The translations under genes and the position numbers were made by a program. DNA of 63,017 nucleotides, the filler included, from Sphacelaria rigidula (taxonomy: Eukaryota), in assembly GCA_964200075.2 (NCBI GenBank). It is 6 parts of 6 records of this genome, joined end to end, with 100 filler letters (N's around TTAATTAATTAA, not from the genome) between each part and the next. Parts side by side here need not be neighbours in the genome. Positions count along the whole stretch, not along the records: positions 52,600 to 63,017 come from CAXNAA020006526.1; 5 more parts are not named here. The stretch is one strand, 5' to 3'. Shown here piece after piece: positions 60,805 to 63,017 of the stretch. Below the pieces are notes generated by a model that did no database searches, had not been told where the DNA came from, and saw only the letters and a list, made by a program, of their open reading frames with translations. Position 1 is the stretch's first letter. The number at the start of each line of letters is the position of its first letter.

Positions 60805-61816
60805 GATATGTAGCTGTTGATATGCGACCGGATGCTGAGTGTTGGGGTTGTGTGTGAGGTGGAGTGTTTACAGCAGTGTGCAATGGGTGTTCGTGTGCCA
60901 TTCTGCATTCGCCACCCAGTTTTTCTTTTTTGAGAATTGAATGCATCAACCATGTGACCCCCCGAAATCGGGGAATCCAAGAATCAAACCCGTTCCCGCT
61001 TCCCGTAACACTCCAAAACACGCCTCCTCCAGAATGCGCCGACTACAGAGCCGAAATCGCAAGTGCTTGGACTTTGGCTTTCAGTCGTTGTGTGTACTAA
61101 ATACTATATAATTATGTACTATATCACCATGAACTACGACTCGAAGAGGTCAAGTCCCATGATTGACGTCCGTGTTCGAAACCGCGCGCCTGGCTACGAG
61201 TGGGGTTGCATGAATATTGCCGACATTTTCAAACGAATTAATGTAGTTTAATTATTCATAGTTGTTGCGCATGCTGTCTTGACAACCGTGGTGCTGCATG
61301 TATCATCGTCGGGGAAGTATTTCGCTTGCTCATGTGATCATGTGAAATACTCCGGAGTTACTGTACTGCATACTTGTGCAGGACCTTCCTCGGAATTCTA
61401 CCACGCAAAAAGCAAATTCGGGAATTCGCCAAAAACACGTCATGTCCAGAACCACGGCGTGCGGAAGATGAGAGGACACGCCAGACCACGATGATGGAGC
61501 CTGAACCTGCGGGAACCATGTATGGCGAAGTCGAATTTCCACAGTGCAATCATCTCAAGTTGGGAGCGAGAGATACGCCCAACACGCACGCGATTGTAAT
61601 ACGAATAGAAGTACATCTCAAACTCGAGGTTGCCGATATATTCAACTGTAAATTACTTTGAAGTATAACGGGAATCTCGAGTTTAAGATACCTAAATAAT
61701 AATGATTGTGCGCGGTAAATGAAGAGTGATGAACGTTGTCGATGTAACATGGGATTTTTCAAAATATCGAGGATGGATTTTTTTTATTGAGGATGAACGT
61801 TGGGAAGTTTAGTAAG

Positions 61817-62087
61817 CACCGGAGAGTCATCCTACGATAGGGGGGGGGGGTATTTGGTTGCACGAAAAACGAGGCTCATAAGTGTGTCAGACATCCTTCC
61901 ACACTTGCGTTGCGCTTGTATTTGGTTCCAAACGGTGTCAGGCAGTATGGATGAGCGTTATTGATCCACAACAAGCTTGTTCGAACAACCGTTCGTTGCT
62001 GCTTTCAACGATCTGACTCGTAATTTCGAGCAACAAATGGCCCCAAAATACCCCCCCCCCCCCTATCGTAGGATCACTCCGGAGTAT
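61817..62087. mobile_element. MITE with long G/C-run TIRs
   Basis: ccggagagtcatcctacgatag(g)ntattt / aaata(c)ntatcgtaggatcactccgg; an internal part matches 41915-41952 in reverse complement. Confidence 0.7.
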
Positions 62088-63017
62088 TTTTCGCAAATGA
62101 AACACGAACAACAACAACGTTTTGGTGAGATTGAGAGTACCTGTAGAGGGTACGATTGAGAGTGAAAAACGCTCAAATTGGTGAATGAATCGTTTCAGTC
62201 CCGAAATGTCCGTCCACAAGACCCGATATGCTTTCTTTCTGTAGTAGCTTGCCACTGAGGCCCTTAATATCCATGAGTATAGCAGGATATCGACGTGTTG
62301 TTGTAAGCACATGCCAGTGATCGACGCAAAGAAAAGCACACGCGGGATGAAAAATTGGCCATGTCAAAGCGAATGATCAAAGCCACTCTCAATCATCGCT
62401 CTACTCTCAATTTCAAGAAAACGTTTTTATTAAACGAGTTATCCCGTTGTGATGTGTGGCCTCGCTTATTATTACCCAGAAAAGATAATGTATCGGCAAC
62501 TCGTATAATCCCACGTGTTACAACAACAGGGGATTCTGACAAATGAGAACAGTTTTTGCACGGGAATGAACGGCGGAGGTCGGAATTGTTCGGGGTAAGT
62601 AAACACGGGATGCTACAAAGTAATGTTTTCGTGAGACTGAGAATCTAGCGTTGTTAGTTGAGAGTGAGTTTTATTCTTCGCTCTGGTAACTGAACCATTT
62701 TTTTTATCTTGTGTGTGCTTCTCTTCGCCTGTCTGTAGCACTGCCGTATGCTTACAGCTACACGTTGATACCCCTATTCCCAGGGATATCAAGGCTTCTT
62801 CAGTGCCAAGCTACTTCAGAAAGCGTGCAGGGCCTCTTGTAAGGCCGGGAGGAGAACTCCGGAACTGGGGCTACTTCATTCATTCAATGACCCCTTTTAA
62901 CTCTTCTTAAACATGTCATCTCAGGCCCTCAACATCACGAATACGCCGAAATACCCTGAAATTGGATTTTCCCGTAGGACCCCAACATTTCGGTTATTGA
63001 CATCCAAATTTGTAGGA

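Overview
Eukaryotic, intron-rich, repeat-rich nuclear DNA, most consistent with a brown alga (Phaeophyceae); this is inferred from GT-AG multi-exon genes, an NB-ARC-TPR gene, a plant-type FKBP12 and TTAGGG-type repeats. The window is not one locus. It is six unrelated, size-sorted contigs (10421, 10420, 10420, 10420, 10418 and 10418 nt) joined by artificial 100-nt N44-TTAATTAATTAA-N44 spacers. I reconstructed three partial spliced genes by hand: (1) an Apaf-1-like NB-ARC winged-helix + TPR (NLR-like) gene on the minus strand of contig 2, 5' part off-contig; (2) a three-repeat MYB transcription factor on the plus strand of contig 5, both ends missing; (3) the first two exons of FKBP12 on the minus strand of contig 6. 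The rest is mostly transposon debris: a decayed LINE RT, many LINE 3' ends finishing in poly(C), tRNA-derived SINEs, several MITE families and a 1.7-kb tandem duplication. The most unusual structures are a tandem array of ~370-nt foldback hairpins whose arms stay complementary while the copies diverge (37.2-39.1 kb), a telomere-repeat-bounded inverted element, and the degenerate HD sensor motif of the NLR-like gene. All alignments were made by eye; no database searches were run.
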